This document shows positions 59,601 to 64,000 of a stretch of DNA of 64,000 nucleotides, one piece after another. Source of the stretch: Vezdaea acicularis. Taxonomy: Eukaryota. The notes under the pieces are model-generated. The model was given only the letters and a program-made list of their open reading frames with translations. It was not told the DNA's origin and did not search any database. The translations under genes and the position numbers were made by a program. Position 1 is the stretch's first letter. Each line of letters starts with the position of its first letter. Location of the stretch: assembly GCA_026025075.1 (NCBI GenBank), contig JAPEUI010000037.1:62001-126000 (forward strand), in the 5' to 3' direction.

Positions 59601-62600
59601 GGCGAACTGGATGACCCGTACCCAGTCGTGGAGAAGATTCTCAAAGCTTTCCCTCTCGCGGAGAAGCAGCTCATCAATGCGCAGGATGTACAACACTTCC
59701 TGCTACTATGCCAACGCCGTGGTCAAAAGCCAGTTCCGTTCGTTCCATCACTCGATGAAAATTTCGAATTCTGGTTTAAGAAGGATTCGCTCTGGCAATC
59801 CGAGGACCTGGAGGCAGTTGTCGATCAAGATGTTGGAAGAACATGTATCCTCCAAGGGCCGACTGCCGCTAAGTACTCTAAAGTCGTGGATGAACCCATC
59901 AAAGAGATCCTTGACGGGATCCACGAAGCCCATATCAAGGGACTCACGAAAGATGTGTATGGTGGAAAGGAATCGTCTATTCCGCTAGTTGAGTATTTTG
60001 GTGGAAAGATTATTGAACCAGAGGAGACCAAAGCTGAAGGGTTGACGATCTCTGAGGATGGTGCCAAGACAATCTATCGGCTCTCCAGCCTTGCTGCGGC
60101 AACTCTCCCATCGGCCGAGTCTTGGTGCAACTTACTTGGCGGGAAGACCTACTCATGGAGACATGCGTTGTTCACCGCGGAAGTTTTCATCCAGGGGCAA
60201 AAATTCCAAACGAACCCGATCAAGCGAGTGTTTGCTCCTACTCGTGGCATGGTTGTTGAGATAACTCATCCTAATGAGCCATCAAAGACAGTCATAACGG
60301 TCAAAGAGCCTACTAACACTGGCAAACTCATTCAAGTCATCGAGATCAAGATGGATCGGGACGACTGCATTGCGGTCGACATGTTCGAACATCGCACGAC
60401 CTTAGGCGACCCTGTTGCGCTCCCTTTGAGGTTCAAGTATTATCCAAGTGAGGGATATGCTCCAATTAGGGAAGTTATGGAAGGGCGTAATGATCGTATC
60501 AAAGAGTTTTACTACAAGATCTGGTTTGGCGAAGAGAAGGTACCCTTCGATGCCGCTGTCACTGAGCGCTTTGAAGGCGGTCAGGCAACAGTCACCAGCA
60601 AAGCCATCGCGGACTTCGTCCATGCGGTTGGCAATACGGGCGAAGCTTTCGTTGACAGACCAGGCAAAGAAGTCCTCGCTCCTATGGACTTCGCAATCGT
60701 CGTTGGATGGAAAGCCATCACGAAGCCGATCTTCCCGAAAGCTATCGATGGGGATCTCCTCAAGTTGGTTCACCTGTCAAATGGATTCCGTATGGTTCCT
60801 GGCGCCGACCCTTTGAAGAAGGGAGATTCTCTGGATACCACCGCTCAAATAAATGCCGTTATCAATCAAGATTCGGGCAAGATGGTGGAAGTTTGCGGCA
60901 CAATTACTCGTGAGGGTAAGCCCATCATGGATGTCACCAGCCAGTTCCTCTACCGTGGTGCCTATACCGATTTTGAGAATACCTTCCAGCGAAAGACCGA
61001 GACGCCCATGCAGATTCATCTTGCAACATCCAAAGATGTTGCTGTGCTTCGCTCAAAAGAGTGGTTCTGCCTAGATGAGCCTGACACCGAGCTGTTGGAC
61101 AAGGTATTGACGTTCCGCCTCCAGAGCTTGGTCCGCTTCAAGAACAAGACAGTGTATAGTTCTGTCCAAACTACAGGCCAGGTGCTTCTTGAGTTGCCAA
61201 CCAAGGAAGTCATTCAAGTTGCATCGGTAGAATACGAAGCGGGCGTCTCTCACGGCAATCCTGTCATAGACTATCTTGAGAGGTACGGCTCGTCGATTGA
61301 GCAGCCGGTGAACTTCGACAACGCAATTCCTCTTAGCGGGAAAACTCCTCTCGTCTTGCGGGCTCCAGCGTCCAACGAGACCTATGCTCGGGTGTCGGGT
61401 GACTATAATCCTATCCATGTTTCTCGTGTCTTCTCAAGCTACGCCAACCTTCCTGGTACCATCACTCATGGCATGTACTCGAGTGCTGCCGTCCGGAGCT
61501 TGGTCGAGACGTGGGCTGCAGAGAATAACGTCGGTCGGGTGAGAAGTTTCCATTGCTCTCTCGTGGGTATGGTACTGCCTAACGACGATATTGAAGTAAA
61601 ATTGCAACACGTCGGAATGGTTGCCGGTCGCAAGATTATCAAGATTGAAGCTAGCAACAAGGACACTGAAGAAAAGGTCTTACTTGGTGAGGCTGAGGTT
61701 GAACAGCCAGTCTCATCTTACGTTTTCACTGGCCAGGGCTCCCAAGAGCAAGGTATGGGTATGGAGCTCTACGCCAATAGTAAGGTTGCCCGCGAGGTGT
61801 GGGACCGAGCCGACAAGCATTTCATGGACAATTACGGTTTCTCCATCATCAACATCGTCAAGAACAACCCGAAGCAACTCACCATCTACTTTGGTGGACC
61901 ACGGGGCAAGGCAATTCGCCAGAACTATATGTCTATGACGTTCGAAACAGTCGCTAGTGATGGCACCATCAAATCCGAGAAGATCTTCAAGGAGGTCAAT
62001 GAGAACACGACTTCGTATACTTATCGATCTCCGACTGGCTTACTGTCAGCCACGCAATTCACTCAGCCTGCGTTGACCTTGATGGAGAAAGCTAGCTTCG
62101 AAGATATGCGAATCAAGGGACTCGTTCAGCGAGACAGCAGCTTCGCAGGTCACTCCCTTGGGGAGTATTCTGCGCTTGCTGCCCTCGCTGACGTCATGCC
62201 TATTGAGAGCTTGGTCTCTGTCGTGTTCTATCGTGGACTTACGATGCAAGTTGCCGTTGAGCGCGATGCAACTGGTCGGTCCAATTACTCCATGTGCGCC
62301 GTCAACCCCAGCAGGATATCCAAGACCTTCAACGAGCAAGCCCTGCAATATGTTGTCGAGAACATAGCCGAATCGACGGGATGGCTACTAGAGATCGTCA
62401 ACTACAATATCGCCAACGCCCAATACGTTTGCGCTGGAGACCTCCGAGCTCTTGACTGCCTAACCAACGTGACCAATTACCTTAAAGTCCAAAAGATCGA
62501 CATACAAGCCCTGACGCAGCAAATGTCCCTCGAAGACGTAAAGGCCCACCTCGTCGAGATCGTGCAGGAATGCGCGAAGCAGACGGAGGCGAAGCCCAAG

Positions 62601-62998
62601 CCGCTCGATCTTCAGCGCGGATTTGCCACTATCCCGCTCAAAGGCATCGATGTGCCGTTCCACTCCACCTTCTTGCGGTCAGGCGTCAAGCCCTTCAGAA
62701 GCTTCTTGCTCAAGAAGATCAACAAGACCACCATCGACCCGAGCAAGCTGGTCGGCAAATACATCCCCAACGTCACTGCCAAGCCATTCGAAATCACTAA
62801 GGAGTATTTCGAGGAGGTGTATAAGCTGACGAACTCGCCACGGATTGGCAATGTTCTTGCAAACGTGAGTTCACCGGCCCCCCTCCCTACCTTAGGCGGA
62901 ATGTGCCGTTTTGGGAATTCCTGCTAACCTCCTCGATACAGTGGGATAAATACGAAGACCCTAAAGCAGAGCTCTTGAAGCCCACTCCCGCCGCCTAG
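56655..62998 (+). CDS. FAS1: Fatty acid synthase subunit beta (AT, ER, DH, MPT), 2 exons
   Basis: [80 protein letters not shown]. Intron 62866-62941, last exon WDKYE..AA*. Confidence 0.98.
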
Positions 62999-63883
62999 CG
63001 CCCCCATCGCGTAGAGTTTCTTTGCATCAAGGCGTTTTCTTCCCTTCTACCCTTTCGCCTCTAGGCGACTCGAGTTCACTCCTGGTATAAGAACAACCTT
63101 AGACACCCCCCCTCCCTTGCTAGCGAATAGCAACCCCCAACCCAGAAAAATGTATCTCTAGTCCTTATTTTAGAATCATAGAACCAATTCAAAAAGATTA
63201 CTGTCCCATCCCCCCACTATTGATGTGGTCTCTCAACTCGTGCTCGCTGCGCCACTCGCTACGTCTTTATGAGACGTACAACCCTTTTTTCTTTGTCCCC
63301 CTCAGCCGCATTGTCTTTCTTTGTTCTCTTGAACAAGGCATTCTTCTGCATCCACGGACTGCGCTTTGTCTCGATTTTGGTTGTGTTTAGTCGCTGGTAC
63401 CCATCGTAGTGGTTATGCGGGTTTTCGTGGGGGCGGAGGGGGGGAAGAGGAGATGTGAGGGCTAGGGCTAGATTCTGGACTTGGACTTTGGACTTCGACT
63501 GGGTGACATGGCGAGTGGAGAAACACTCAACCGTGATGCGGAGGGTATGGAAGCTGGGTAGGGAGCTTGTGCCGGTGCCGGCGCTCTCATTCTTGGGGGT
63601 GGGGTGAAGAGGGGTTCAGAACAATACCATACGTCTCAAGCCTGAGGCAGCGTCTCAACGTCAGCCTCTCCAATGTCCGAAGCATGTACTGAACCCAGTT
63701 TCCGAGGTGCAATGTACATGTCTCGTAGCCTAGGAAAGCGGACAACACGTCGACGATACCGGTGGAGGTGGATAAAAGCTATATCTCTTTGCCCCCTTTC
63801 CACACATACACACTCTCTCAAAAAACCAGAACTCCCAAACCTTCCGAAATTTCTAAACCTTCTAGAGCTTCTTATCATTTACA

Positions 63884-64000
63884 ATGGACTCCCCCACCGC
63901 CCGCAAGCTCACCTTCCACGAAATAACCCACCTCCTCAGACTCCAACAAAAACCGTCGCTCAACGTGCGCGTATGGATGTGGCTAGCTGGACTCAATCAA
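63884..64000 (+). CDS. Possible start of a coding sequence running off the right edge
   Basis: acaATGG context and an open frame MDSPTARKLTFHEITHLLRLQQKPSLNVRVW.. to the window end. No family recognised. Confidence 0.25.
   Translation, partial: MDSPTARKLTFHEITHLLRLQQKPSLNVRVWMWLAGLNQ

Noticed and set aside
46831..62998. Secondary-metabolite cluster (FAS pair plus MFS transporter)
   Set aside because: The transporter is a sugar porter rather than a drug efflux type, and no PKS/NRPS, P450 or cluster regulator lies nearby in the window.
1..64000. Transposons, LTRs or rRNA genes
   Set aside because: No transposase, RT or integrase motifs, long terminal repeats or rRNA-like sequence were recognised.

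Overview
Eukaryotic, intron-rich DNA from a filamentous ascomycete (Pezizomycotina-like: short GT..AG introns with CTAAC/CTGAC branch sites, divergent fasA/fasB pair). About 24 protein-coding genes. Most are housekeeping: RBR E3 ligase, PHD-SET (Set3-like), NPC2, VMA7, NUR1, a secreted metallophosphoesterase, MTR10, SME1, FAU1, ROT1, LSC2, a sugar porter, FAS2 and FAS1. There is also an intron-containing tRNA-Asn(GTT). A small accessory-looking block at about 32.8-39.9 kb holds a 4-exon GFA/CENP-V gene missed by the ORF track, a HeLo-like-NACHT-ankyrin NLR with an extra C-terminal domain, and a GH18 ENGase-like gene. The best unexplained signal is a candidate ~235-nt RNA polymerase III non-coding RNA on the minus strand at about 24857-25095. 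It has an upstream TATA, an A box, a B box, a paired 5'/3' terminal stem, nested helices and a T6 terminator, but is not a tRNA. A second unexplained signal is a higher-order minisatellite of alternating ~55/57-bp units at 18166-18795. All calls were made by eye from sequence and family motifs. No database searches were run, and exon boundaries are approximate.
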